Of a stretch of DNA of 64,000 bases, positions 38,820-50,954 are shown piece after piece. How positions within the stretch are numbered: position 1 is the stretch's first letter; each line of letters begins with the position of its first letter. The position numbers were made by a program, and so were the translations under genes. The stretch comes from Felis catus (taxonomy: Eukaryota). Where the stretch lies: positions 156,986,001 through 157,050,000 of the forward strand of contig NC_058368.1 of NCBI RefSeq assembly GCF_018350175.1, written 5' to 3'. The notes below the pieces were generated by a model that saw only the letters and a program-made list of their open reading frames with translations, ran no database searches and was not told the origin of the DNA.

Positions 38820-39021
38820 GTTTATTGTTTTTTTCATGTTTATTTTCTCAGAGAGACAGAGTGCAAGAGGGGGAGGGGCAGAGACAGAAGGGGACAGAGG
38901 ATCCAAAGCAGGCTCTGCAATGATAGCAGAGAGCCTGATGCGGGGCTCGAACCCACCAATGGTGAGATCATGACCTGAGCCGAAGGCAGAAGCTTAACTG
39001 ACTGAGCCACCCAGGTGCCCC
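38820..39021 (-). mobile_element. Can-SINE (SINEC)
   Basis: Antisense full-length copy ending ctgagccacccaggtgcccc. Confidence 0.95.
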
Positions 39022-39852
39022 GAAGCCCCTTTCTTTTGAACCTAAGCACATATAACTTTTCTCCCCTTGGGGGGTAGGTCTCTAAGGATATTCTCACACA
39101 TTCTCCTTGATCCCCAAAAAACTCTTTTTTATCCTAGAGGTGGATGAGGTATAGAATCCTGTAACTGATGTATGTGTAACTACATTTCAGACACTTAACT
39201 TGGAAATCTGTCTCACAGATCATATTGTTATCTATCACCTGAGGGTTCCTCCAAAACTTCCCTTTTAATCTCCTGTTTTGGCAAGGACTGCTCTAGCTGG
39301 CCTACAGCACCTTTAGAAAACCTCGTAAAATCATCCAGATAAAAAATGAAGATTCTTTGCCGAGAATATTTAGAACACCTACCCTTCATCATGTCTCACG
39401 TGGAGAACAATTGGATGACGACCACCTTGTGCTCTATTTCTCATCTCTGAGGTTCCACGCCATTTTTAAAAAAACTTGGCAAACAGTGTTGCTTTAACTT
39501 GTAGCAAAGGCAGAACCACCTTGACTGCCTGAAATAACACCCTCCTTGATCTACCTGTAACAGTGTCCGATTCATTCCCTGAAGAGTGTTCGGTGTACTG
39601 CAGACTGAAAAGACACACAATTCAGCTCAGCAAGATTTCAAGAGTCAAAACTGCTATAAATAAATACAAATCACCTATCTACTCTGGGGTGTGATAACTT
39701 GAGTCAACGAACCTTTACAATTGTGTCTTCTAAGTAACAAGACAGATAAATCCATGGTTGACATTAGAAGAGGCATAGGATCTTCTCAATACTTAGAGAG
39801 GCAGAACTTTTTGGGATAGCAATTGTAAAAGTAATACATCCTGATAGTTTTT

Positions 39853-40080
39853 TGTTTTTTTCTTTATTTTTTTAATGTGTATTTATTATTGAGAGACACA
39901 GAGACACAGAGCATGAGCAGGGAAGGGGTAGAGAAAGAGAGGAAGACACAGAATCTGAAGCAGGTTCCAGGCCCTTAGCTGTTAGCACAGAGCCTGACAA
40001 GGGGCTCGAACTCACGAACTGTGACATCATGACCTGAGCTGAAGTCGGTCACCCAACCAACTGAGCCACCCAGGTGCCCC
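39853..40080 (-). mobile_element. Can-SINE (SINEC_Fc-type)
   Basis: Full-length; near-TSD acatcctgatagtttt/acatcctcatagtttt. Confidence 0.96.
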
Positions 40081-40117
40081 AACACATCCTCATAGTTTTA
40101 AGAATCAGTACTGACCA

Positions 40118-40460
40118 TCAGAGAAAAACAAATATCATGTGATTTCATTCACATGTGGAATTTAAGAAACAAAACACATGAACATAGGGGAAGGGAAAGA
40201 AAAATAAGATAAAAGCAGAGAGGGAGGTAAACCCTGAGAGACTCTTGAATACAGAGAACAAACTGAGGGTTGCTGGAGGGGTGGTGGGTGGGGGTATGGG
40301 CTAAATGGGTAATGGGCATTAGGGAGGGCACTTACTGGGACAAGCACTGGGTGTTATATGTAAGTGATGAATCACTGGGTTCTACTCCTGAAACCAATAC
40401 TACACTGTATGTAACTAAACTGAATTTAAGTAAATAATGTACTCCCTCCCCCCCAAAAAA
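40118..40460 (+). mobile_element. Carnivore L1 3'UTR, 5'-truncated
   Basis: 'tgtggaatttaagaaacaaaac...gagaacaaactgagggttgctggagg...gggtgttatatgtaagtgatgaatcactgggttctactcctgaaacc'. Confidence 0.92.
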
Positions 40461-41049
40461 AGATTTAGTAATGACTAGATCTTCTATCTAAACTATCCGT
40501 GATTAACAACACGTAAATACCATGTAAATACTTTTTAAAATAGTTTTCCATACATATATAGAAATATAAGGATAGCTTGCTAGCTTAAATAGCTAGATAG
40601 GTAAATGGAGAGTAAGACCTTTTCTTTTAAAAGGAAGCATAACATCTAACATAGCATCAAATGCCTCCACATTTCTTTCAAATCACCGAGTATTTTATCT
40701 TCCATTTTATTTGTTTGTGAAAATACTGGGGCTCTGTTTTATCGCTAAGAAGGGAGAAAAAAACAAACCAAAACAGAAACCCCCTTCAGAGATTGCCAGA
40801 GAGAAAGCAGGACGTAAATGTGGAATCCAAGGTGGATTCCTGGAGCAGACAGAGGCTATGACAGGCTGGGAGCTGAGAGTGCGTGGAGAGCAAAGGAAGT
40901 GTGCTGGTTTGTTATGTTGAACATGAAGAAAATTCAAAGATATTTGATCTTTCACACTTTGTTTGCCTTCTTTTGAGTTTTATTTTATTGATCCTTTTAC
41001 TTATATTAAAGATAAAAATTTATCTGGGAATATCCATGGATCTGTTTTC

Positions 41050-41340
41050 AACACGAAACATTTGGCAAATGATCTGATCGGTGCTGGAGATACAGAGACG
41101 AACCCAAGGTCAACTGTGTACCCAAGATATTTCCAGTTCCATGGAGAAAGCAGCATTAATGCACGATGACAGTAAGATGTGGTAAATCCGAGAGTGGAGT
41201 CACTTACAGAGGGCCATTGGAACAACAACCCCCCCCCCCCTAAGAAGTAGCTTAGTCTAAAGCACTCTAGGCATAGAGAGTGGTGTGTGCAAAAGATACA
41301 AGAAGTGACAATACAGGATTTATTTCTGGAATGCAGACTA
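41050..41340 (-). mobile_element. L2 fragment
   Basis: 'caacacgaaacatttggcaaatg...gtgctggagatacagagacgaac' antisense L2 3' pattern. Confidence 0.5.
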
Positions 41341-41473
41341 GTTCCACAGGCAGGGCAGCCTGCCCGGTCAGCGCCTCTGTCTGGTTTGCTGCAGTCTGAT
41401 GTACACACCTACTGGCTCCCATGGATTTGATAAGCTAAGTAACAAGAAAGGGAAAATGTCTGTGAGGGCTTAC

Positions 41474-41562
41474 CCATGTACCAAGCCAGTAACAGACATC
41501 CTGAGATCACCTTGGTATTTAAGTTAAATGTACTCCACAGAGAAGCCATCTCACTACGTTGT
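41474..41562 (-). other. Candidate exon E (89 nt)
   Basis: Acceptor ttttcattcctaaattag| and donor TGG|gtaagc; one open frame QRSEMASLWSTFNLNTKVISGCLLLAWYM. Confidence 0.25.
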
Positions 41563-41899
41563 CTAATTTAGGAATGAAAATGCATGTGTGCTACGTGCAG
41601 TAGACTCTGGTCAACCGAAATAATACACTTTCTCTTCCCTGTCCCACCCTTAGACCCAAGCCTCCCGTTAATCTCCTCATTTGTTCCTACTTGGAGCATC
41701 TGGTGGAATAATGTTTTCATTGTTTTTAAATAAATGTATTTTAAAATTAAAAGTGACTTGAAGGTATCCTTCAGTGACCTTCAGGACACTTTTCTAAGAA
41801 TTTTGGAAAGGGGGGAAAAAAGTAATTCAAAACACTTACAGGTATTGGAAATGCCTTCTCCTAACTGGGATATTTTCTTTAGGTAGGTTTCTTCCAGAT

Positions 41900-42050
41900 G
41901 ACCAGCAGCACCTGCAACTTGTTAGAAATGCAATTTCTCCAGCCCCAGCCCAGACATACCCAATCGGAAACTCATGCTGGGGCCCAGCCGCCTATATTCT
42001 AACAAGGCTCCAGGTGATTCTGATGCAGGCTCAAGTTTGAGAACCGTCGT
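41900..42050. mobile_element. MER5A DNA transposon
   Basis: 'aacttgttagaaatgcaatttctccagcccc...aacaaggctccaggtgattctgatgcaggctcaagtttgagaacc'. Confidence 0.85.
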
Positions 42051-42239
42051 TCTAAAGTAGTAAGTAAGGGCCTGGAAAACCCCACAAATATTCCTATACA
42101 AGACTGCCAGTTATGTTATAAAAGTGTTTATCATTAAAATGTATTTCTTGCGATTAATGCACAAACCCCTTAAAGTGATCATATCTTACTTGGGGAAGTC
42201 ACAGCCACAAACTCACCAGAGGTACTTGAGGCATCTTTC

Positions 42240-42370
42240 TCCTCCAAACCCCTTCTTTTGTTGATGAAAACACTGAGGCTCAGAAAGGCCAAGGAACTTG
42301 TCCAAGATCACAGAGCTGATCAGCGGAGGGCAAGAGCTAGTCTTTAGACTTCTTAACACAAATTCAAGAT
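42240..42370 (-). mobile_element. MIR fragment
   Basis: 'gatgaaaacactgaggctcagaaaggccaaggaacttgtccaagatcacagagct'. Confidence 0.75.
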
Positions 42371-42630
42371 CTGGGCAACAAATACAAACCAACTACACAA
42401 ATAAATTCAGTTCCTCTAGCGAAAAACAGGGATTCAAAAACATGGACTATAGTGAAAATAGTTGTGTTTCTAAGCAGGTTTTTTTGTATTAGGAAACTAA
42501 TATACATTCATGTAGGGAAACTGGAATTAATAAAACTCCTAAAAAAGACAAAAAATACCAAGAAAAGTGTTTTTAAGCTTTAGTGTGTGCACATATATGT
42601 GCAAATATGTGCACAAAAATATTTTGTAGA

Positions 42631-42795
42631 ATAATATATACATATACATATATATGTACATATACATATATGTATATTCCACTACATATATATGTATATA
42701 TAGCAGAATAATGTTTTCATATACACATATATATGTACATACACATATACATATATACATATACTCAACTATATATATATATTATGTGTGTGTAT

Positions 42796-42834
<39 letters not shown>

Positions 42835-42854
42835 TAGCAGAATAATGTTTTCAT
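42631..42854 (+). repeat. TA-rich tandem duplication containing (GATA)n
   Basis: atatagcagaataatgttttcat at 42698-42720 and 42832-42854; (GATA)n at about 42797-42833. Confidence 0.85.
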
Positions 42855-42895
42855 TGTTTTCAATGAAAGGGAAGGGAAACAAAAAAAGGTAAGGG

Positions 42896-43581
42896 AGACA
42901 AGGGAAACAAAAGCAAAAATGAACTATTGGGACTTCATCAAGATAAAAAGCTTCTGCACAGCAAAGGAAACAACCAACAGAACTAAAAAGCAACTTACAG
43001 AAAGGGAGAAGATATTTGCAAATGATATATCCAACAAAGGGTTAGTATCCAAAATCTATAAAGAACTTATCAAACTCAACACCCAAAAAACAAATAACCC
43101 TGTTAAGAAATGGGCAGAAGACATGAATAGACATTTTTTTCAAAGAAAACATACAATACAAATGGGTAACAGACACATAAAAAGATGCTTAACATCACTC
43201 ATCAGCAGGGAAATACAAACCAAAGCCATGATAAGATACCACCTCACACCTGTCAGAATGGGTAAAATTAACACAAGAAGCAACAGATGTTGGTGAGAAT
43301 GAGGAGAAAGGGAAACCTTCTTGCACTGTTGGTGGGAATGCAAACTGGTGCAGCCACTCTGGAGAACACTATGGAGGTTCCTCAAAAAATTGAAAATAGA
43401 TCTACCCTACAACCCCCCAATTACACTAATAGGTATTTACCTAAAGGATACAAAAGTACAGATTCAAAGGGGTACATGTACCTGATGTTTATAGCAGTAT
43501 TATCAACAATAGCCTAACTATGGAAGGACCCCAAATGTCCATTAACTGATGAATGGATAAAGAAGATGTGCTGTGTGATGT

Positions 43582-43619
<38 letters not shown>

Positions 43620-43812
43620 TACTCAGCCATCAAAAGGAATGAAATCTTGCCATTTGCAATGACATGGATGGAGATAGAGTGTATTATGCTAAGCAAAGTA
43701 GGTCAGGCAGAGAAAGACATATCGTATGATGTCACCCATGTCTGGAATTTAAGAAACAAAACAGATGAACATAAGGGATTGGGGGTGAAAAAGAGAGAGA
43801 GGGAAACAAACC
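42896..43812 (+). mobile_element. Carnivore L1 ORF2 C-terminus plus partial 3'UTR, with (GT)n
   Basis: ORF 42919-43296 '[17 protein letters not shown]...[21 protein letters not shown]...RYHLTPVRM' is L1 ORF2p; frameshifted; no polyA. Confidence 0.95.
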
Positions 43813-46270
43813 ATTTTAATGATTGATTTGTATTTCATTAGAATCTATTTTTTACATTTTCTTATTTTTTTACATTTACATTGTTTCCAACATTTTGCTC
43901 TAGGAATAGGAAAGAGAGTAAGATATGAAATGTCAGTAACATGCAGGAAAGGTGCATTACATAAGCAGGCCACAATTCAGTACCAAAGAAGGGACCCTTG
44001 CGAGCTGGAGAATTGAAAGACCAGGCCCCCATGGAGATATTAAAATGGGGAGGAGGAATATTTCAGGAAATGTGGAAATCCCCAAGTAAAAATGACCAGT
44101 CACAATGTTCCCAGACATGGTACGTGTACAGATGTGGCAACCCCAGAAAGCGCACAAAGGTTCACCCGAGGCTAATACATCCACTCACCTCTGTGTCCCA
44201 TAACTCTTAGAAGTTACTTTTCTAGAAAGACTTCAGTCAAGTAATAATAAACCTCTTCAGTGTTTCATTTATCATAGAAAGGACAATTCATCAAAACAAA
44301 TCTTCAGAAGAATTCTTGAAAGCTAATATAATACACGCTTTTTCTTTCTTAATCAATGCCTGTTGTTTCCTCCCATCAGAATAAAATTCCATCTTTTTTT
44401 TTAAACTCAGTGCAAAAACAATGTTCTCTAATAATGATGGATGACCTATTTATATCATATGAAAGTGAGAGTATATTGCTTCTAACCTAAAAGGCTATGT
44501 TTAGGTTGCTCAGCTAAAATGTTCTCTAGTTATAAAATATTTATAAAGTAATTTTCCTATGTTTTGTCCTTTCAACAGGTTTGAGATTATAAGCATAGTG
44601 TTTGGGTAGGAATTACATTCATATCTTACCAGTTCAACAATTTTTCCAAACAAATAACATTCTTTTCCCAATTGGGTCCTTACTCAACACAGTCATAGTC
44701 TTTATTTTTAATTCTATCTAAATTTTAGAAAGAATTTCAACACCTGTGTTGAGTGATAAATTTTTTAATTGAAATATTCTGATCTTCAAATGGCCACTTA
44801 CATTTTCACACTTTCCTTTTTAACTCTTTGGCAGCATTTCTAAAGGGCTGGTCTTTTTTGGATTTTAAATGTCTGTTCAAAGAGAAGATTCACAGAGATT
44901 TAATCATGCAGAGCTCCAAATGAAATAAAACAAAACTTCTTTTCTGAAAGGCCAAGTATTCCAATGTTGACCTTGAGTTTTAGTGGAAGAACCCATCTCC
45001 TGAGCAGTTGGTAGTGACGCTGACTCTGTACCATTGTTGGGGGAGGGGACTCCACTATGGAAGTCCACCAAGGAAGATACCATTCACCTCTAAAAGAATT
45101 TCAAGGAAATTCCTTCCTGAGCTTTTTATGGGGACTAGTCTCAAAAACAAACTTTCTGAGGCAGTATTTCTGAAAGTGTGTTCTGTGATTCACAATTACC
45201 CTAGGATGATAATAACTGTTTCTCAGTTTAAAATAAAACAAGATTACCTAATTATACAGCTTTTGGAAATGGTTAAGCAAATGTGAGCCGTTCAACATGC
45301 TAAATTACCTGCTGAAGAAGGGAAGGGGTAGAGAGGCAAATGGTGGTTCCCAAAGCTTATCTGACCATGAACTCTTCCAAAAAAAAAAAAATAAATAAAT
45401 AAAATAATAATAAAATAAAAACTATTAAATGTCCCAGTGAAGAATTTGAAGCCACCAAGGCAGCATCAAAGGTCAATTGTCTCTTCTTTTATGTCCTGCC
45501 CTAACATTACCTCCACAGTTTTACTGACAATTCTGTAGATACTTCTACCCTTTCAGCTCTGTTCTTTATGAATTTACATCAGCCTATATTTACCCCATGT
45601 GTTGGAAAGGCTTTTCTGTCATGAAAGCGTGTAATTGCCTTATTTTCTAATTCCTGCAAAGGGACAGGTAGCTGTTCCTAACGTGTGCCATGGCACTACT
45701 TTATCTCTTTAGACTTTTCCCCTGGTGTCTTTCCCTCGTGTACACATATTTTGAATTGAAATCAGTGGAATTTTTTTAAACATAATTCAATTGCCTCTCC
45801 CATATTTGTTTTCAAAAAGTGATGGCTTCTTCCATCAGGAAATAAGGAATGTGCTTTGCTTCCTGTCAGAATAAAGTAAATAGCCAGCTTCCTACTGTGG
45901 CAGAGGTGGGGGGTAGAAGAAACCTACTCCATAGCCAGGCCTCTATTGCCAACCCCCTGCACCTCATATTTCTAATCCCTTTATCCCTGTCCCCTGAACA
46001 AGAATTCAGGTCTGTTGGCCTCCTGATATCTAAGTGGCCCTCCTGATTGGGAACCTTAGTAGTAACAGCTCTGTCCTTTCTCTGGATCAAGGAATCCTGG
46101 AATCCAAATTGAAATGAGAAAAAAGTAAATCTCTTATATGAAACATGCTTTCCAAACTGGCTTCCACTGCTCTGACTTTGTCCTGCCCTGGTACTAATAT
46201 TGAGTCCAAGAGAGCACCACTTCCTGCAAGGTCCCTAACCTCTAGCCCCACCTCAAATTCCACAGGATTC

Positions 46271-46342
46271 TAGGGTGACCAACCACTGAGGGGTTTTCCA
46301 AAATTTGGGACTTTCAGGATAAAAGCTGGGAAAGTCCTGGAC
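46271..46342. mobile_element. MER81-like hAT MITE
   Basis: TIRs tagggtgaccaa...ttggtcactctg; internal 'gggactttcag...gggaaagtcctggacaaa'. Confidence 0.7.
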
Positions 46343-46927
46343 AAATTGGGATTGGTCACTCTGTTCTTAAAGCACCTTTGACAGCAGTCCTTCCTGATAG
46401 GAGCACAGAGTCAGGGTAGCAGAACCTCCTCTCTAGTGATTCCCACTCTTGTCTCTAGGAAGCTAGTAAGCAGCTGAAGCCAGGATAAAGACCCAGTGAG
46501 GAGTCTGGCTCCTCTCCTCTCCCTGTCCTCCCTTTTAGCACCTCCCAGCAGTTCCCAGAGCCTCCTCTTTCTATCCTTTTGTCCTTCAAGTCTTGGTCAC
46601 AGAATGTCCTACTTTATTATTTCCTTACTAATAATATGACTTATTAGTAAGTCATTCTAATAAGGGGAATCACCTGGAGACTTTATCTCCCTTGAGTCTG
46701 GGCATAAAGTCAGCACAATCAAATGGCCCCTGGGATGGATGGCAAGTTCATTAAAGGAATACTTATGTTCTTTCTACCTAGTTGTTATTTGTGACCAGTG
46801 GGGTTGATAAACTCTTCTGGTCTGATACGGTTCCTTCTAGAACTATTTGGCTGAGTCACAGTTTCCTGACCTAAGACCTAAAGAGTATGATCTACACATA
46901 AGGTAGTAATACTCTTTTTATTACTTA

Positions 46928-47290
46928 TATTAGTTAGGATGTATCTACTTTAAGTAACAGAAAACCCTATTCCAGCTGATTTATAAAATAAAGGGATTGT
47001 ATTGTTTCAAAAAACTTGAAAGTTTAAAATAGGGAAGTTTTCAAAAGAGGCTTGACAGCACTCTATGAAGTCATCCAGGATCTAATGTTTGCATTGTCTG
47101 CCCTACTTTTCATGGTTTTGCTTCATCGTAAGACTGGATTCATTACCCACAACAAAGGTTTGTTTTTTGTCACAAATTGGATCAAGTGAAATCTGCAGGT
47201 CTTATTTCTCACTTCCAGCTCCAGTGTCAGTGCTTGGATTTCTGTTACACTAGTGTAAACCAGTCACAAATCCCTGACTGATCACTGGCT
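46928..47290 (-). mobile_element. Old MaLR LTR (MLT1J-like)
   Basis: 'tattagttaggat...aagtaacagaaaaccctattccagctg...aataaagggatt'. Confidence 0.5.
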
Positions 47291-47790
47291 TCCAAAAACA
47301 AACAACCAAAAACACCATTCTCACCCAGCATTTAAAGAATCAGAAAGGGCTAAAGATTTGCAGACAAAGGAGAGGTCACCCCAAGCCCAAAATGGTCCAC
47401 ACCTGGATACTCTCTCAATCTCCCACACATCCCAGCGATTCTCCTCCCTCAGGAGCAAACCAGTCCTCACTGGCTTTTCCTCTCCTGTCCAAAGCCAGGG
47501 CACTGGTAGGCATGCTCCCCAGGAGATGATGGAGGCATTTCCCTTTAAAAACTGGTTTGCTCTACCTAGAGGCATACTCACCACACTCAGCTAATAGGGG
47601 AAGGGCCTGTGCAGGGACTGAAACATAGTCTGGGGCCATATTGTCCCCTATTCCTCCCACCAAGTGTGGGATCAGACTCCGGGTCCTTCCACTTGTGTGT
47701 GCCACCTCGAGAGATGTTAAGGACAAACTCCTATTGGGTATTTGGATGACTTTCTGCAGTTTTCATCATTTATTCAGTTCCATTATTACA

Positions 47791-48025
47791 TATTTATTTA
47801 TTTATTTATTTATTTATATTTTGAAAGAGAGCGTGCGTGTGCACACAAGTGGGGGAGGGGCAGAGAGAGAGAGAGAAAGAGAGAGAGTGAATCCCAAGGG
47901 GGCTTCATGCTGTCAGCACAGAGCCTGACACAGAGCTCTAACTCACCAACCATGAGATCCTGACCAGAGGATCCTGACCAAAACCAAGAGTTGGATGCTT
48001 AACCACCCGAGCCACCCAGGCACTC
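47791..48025 (-). mobile_element. Can-SINE (SINEC)
   Basis: (TTTA)n tail; exact TSD cattattaca (47781-47790 / 48026-48035); small internal duplication gatcctgacca. Confidence 0.95.
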
Positions 48026-48729
48026 CATTATTACACGTGTTAATGTTATAATGTGAACATCTTTTGTTCTCCTTCTTTCAATTCGAATACATTCAAACTA
48101 CCTTATTGAATTTGTAGGTTTATTCGTAATTCAATACACTTGTATTTATGTATTATTTATTTATTACTTAAACAAACTAGGCTAACAAAGAATTATCCAG
48201 TAGAATTCCCAAGGGCTTTTTGAAGAGATTTTAAAATAAATAAGCAAATAAGTACATGTACATACATACACACATACCAGACATACTTATGTAAATCCAT
48301 TCTTCTGACTTTCTTCAAAGTAGTGAGGTTTTCCCTCATAAGTATCTTCAATTTCCCTCTTCAACTTTATTTATACCATTAGCATTTAGACTCTTGAGCT
48401 TTTTAAAAGGAGTTTACTAAAAAAAGTTATCAAAAACTTCAACCCTCATAAGATATCCCAGATTCTATACAATAAATTTGAATTTAGTCCAGTTATACTC
48501 AGTGTTATTTGCATAAGTTTACTTATTCAATGTCAGAAACCTAATATTAGATTACATTTGTATTGTTTCTTAAAAGTTGCATTTTTAAACTGAATTTGCA
48601 AATACAAAAAGTAAGTACGAAACATGGTTTAAAGGTAGAGACAGAGGTGACTGGAGACATTTTGGTAGAGAGCGTGCTTTCGCATACAGGTCACAGGTTC
48701 ACCCAGACACTTCCGTCCCACTGACTTAC

Positions 48730-48866
48730 CCAGCTGGCTCCCCATCAGACCCTCTCGCTGCCACACTTCCACTACCTTCTGCCTTTTCCAGCCCCATATG
48801 ATCTCCCCGGTGAACACTACTCTGCGCCCGCCTCAGCTGTGGGTGAAGCCAGAATGAATAGACCCT
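48730..48866 (-). other. Candidate exon D (137 nt)
   Basis: Acceptor ctcttcatttgtattactaaatcccacag| (alternative at 48836) and donor TGG|gtaagt; unique sequence, relatively GC/CpG-rich. Confidence 0.4.
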
Positions 48867-49259
48867 CTGTGGGATTTAGTAATACAAATGAAGAGTGCAC
48901 ATGAACACCAGCTCTGTAGCGTATAATATGAAGCAAGATGCAGATGGAAGGCTGGGTCTCCCCAGCAACAGACAACTTCAAGAGCAGTGTCCATTATAAG
49001 GCCAAATGTTGCTGGGGGGGTGGTGGTGGTAAGGAAATAATCTGCTTTGCCCATTTCATAATCTAAATTTTACTCTTTCTAACCAAGGGTATTTTAGCCA
49101 TTTCTTATAGTCGAGTTTAGTCATCACCATGATTAAAGTAAACAATAGAATAAAAAGCATAATTAAGTTTAGCCCAAAACTGCCTTAAGAGATACTCCAA
49201 CAAGCAGTTGGAGAGACGCTTGGCTCAGAAATAATACTGTTTGTCTTATTAACGTGTAC

Positions 49260-49492
49260 CTATCACTCTTCCTGAACTGTGTTTGATGCAGTAATGAAAG
49301 AGAAAGAAGTACTGACACAGAGAGTTGGACTCTGTCTCCATGACACCAAATCAAGAACTGCCTCCTTCTCCATCTTTCGCCACCACCTGGGAGACTCTGT
49401 TGGCAGAAGACAGAGCAGAGCAGTTTCTGTGGCAGACTGAGGTTGTGACGCAAACAGCTCTGATGACATTTCCTTGAGTGGTGCCCTGTCAC
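49260..49492 (-). other. Candidate exon C (233 nt)
   Basis: Acceptor gtggcttttcag| (short pyrimidine tract) and donor TAG|gtacac (weak). Confidence 0.2.
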
Positions 49493-49674
49493 CTGAAAAG
49501 CCACTTCTGCTTCTCGATCACGCCCCAGTCCTAAAATGGTCACAGAGAATTAATCATCTGAAACCCACAAGTCATCACAGAGGGGGGAGGGAGGAGGCCT
49601 GTAGCGATAAATGACAATGTCTTCAAAGCAAGTTCTAAAACCACAGCTTCAGTGAATAGAAATGCTTTTGTCTA

Positions 49675-49850
49675 ATAAACTTTATTTATGTGGAGTTTAC
49701 CCATAACGGACATATTTTAAACATATAGCTCAATAGAGTTTGACAAATGCTACACACTTCTGTAATCACCACCACAGTCAAGATTATAGAACATTTCTAT
49801 CACTCCAGAAAGTTCCCTTGTGCCCTTCCCCAGAAATGGCCACAGGAAAT
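49675..49850 (-). mobile_element. Old L1 (L1MB/ME-like) 3' end
   Basis: 'gagtttgacaaatg...gtaatcaccaccacagtcaagattatagaacatttctatcactccagaaagttccc'. Confidence 0.8.
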
Positions 49851-50115
49851 ATTTTTTATTTTATAAGCCATAGAACATTTATTTGAACATTTTTAAAATT
49901 GGAGTAGCATAAAGAAGAATCTGTTCACTTGCCAGAAAAAAACATTTAGATCTTAAATCCTTAACATAAAATCAGATAACACTTCCCTCAGCATAGTTTT
50001 AGCATGAACTAACTACTAATGAGAAGACATTGCCATAGTACTTTCAAACATGGCTAACATTTGAAGTGTAACATTCACCCAAAAATCTGAGTGGGAAAGG
50101 AATGTTTTAGCTTAC

Positions 50116-50184
50116 CTGATATATCCTGAAGTTGTAAAGGTCGTGCTAAGGCTACATGGTAGGTAGCTCACATTGGCAAGAAGA
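50116..50184 (-). other. Candidate exon B (69 nt)
   Basis: Strong acceptor ttttttctttccatttttgcttcctccctcttccag| and consensus donor CAG|gtaagc. Confidence 0.5.
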
Positions 50185-50954
50185 CTGGAAGAGGGAGGAA
50201 GCAAAAATGGAAAGAAAAAAGACCACGTAAAATACATATCATTCATGTACTTATGTAAAATTATACATATGTATGTACATATGTGGAAGTTGAATTTAAA
50301 ATACAAAAAAAAAGTTACAGAGACCTCAATTCTTGCAAAATTTTAAAAGTCTCCTAGTGAACTCCCTTCAAAACATTTCCAGTTTTATGTCACATCAAAT
50401 AACTTTCTCGTCCATCTTAAAAAATAAAAACAAACTACAATCTAGAAGAGATTATTGACTGATGGAAATAGAGTCTGAGATTTGGAGTGAAAAGTGCTTT
50501 CTCAGCCTGCAGCTGAACATTCTGCTCCGAAAGTGCTTCCCTGCCTGCTTCTCCACAAATCAATAATAGATCAGACAAGAACTTTTGTTGTTGCTACTTT
50601 CTAAGAGATGCAGAAAACTGGGCAAGTCGGGAACCCAACGAGAATTCTTGACTGTAAACCCCATATCCATCTCTGTCAAGTGCAGTCGGTGGAAGCATTT
50701 CGGAAGGAGAGCCACTTTCAGCCTGCTCTCTTCAAAGCAGTCTGCAGCTAGGAAGCTCCAGTGATTTCTAGTGTGACTTCTTAAGCAAACCTTAAAATTG
50801 GTTTATGCCATTAGAAAATGAAATTATAGCTGAAATTTTATCCAAAAACTGACATTGGTAAGGAAATCTAGGAGGGAAAAAACCCACAATTGCACAACAA
50901 AAGATTTACCTTACTTTTTAAAATATAAAAACAATTCACTAATAAAAATATGGT

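Noticed and set aside
38260..39330. Possible ERV/LTR-derived sequence around the 38820 SINE
   Set aside because: LTR-like composition, but I could not identify termini or a family with confidence
50490..50545. AAAGTGCTTCC resembling the miR-302/520 family 5' end
   Set aside because: No compact pre-miRNA hairpin of about 60-80 nt; the complementary arm is about 150 nt away and there is no clustered array
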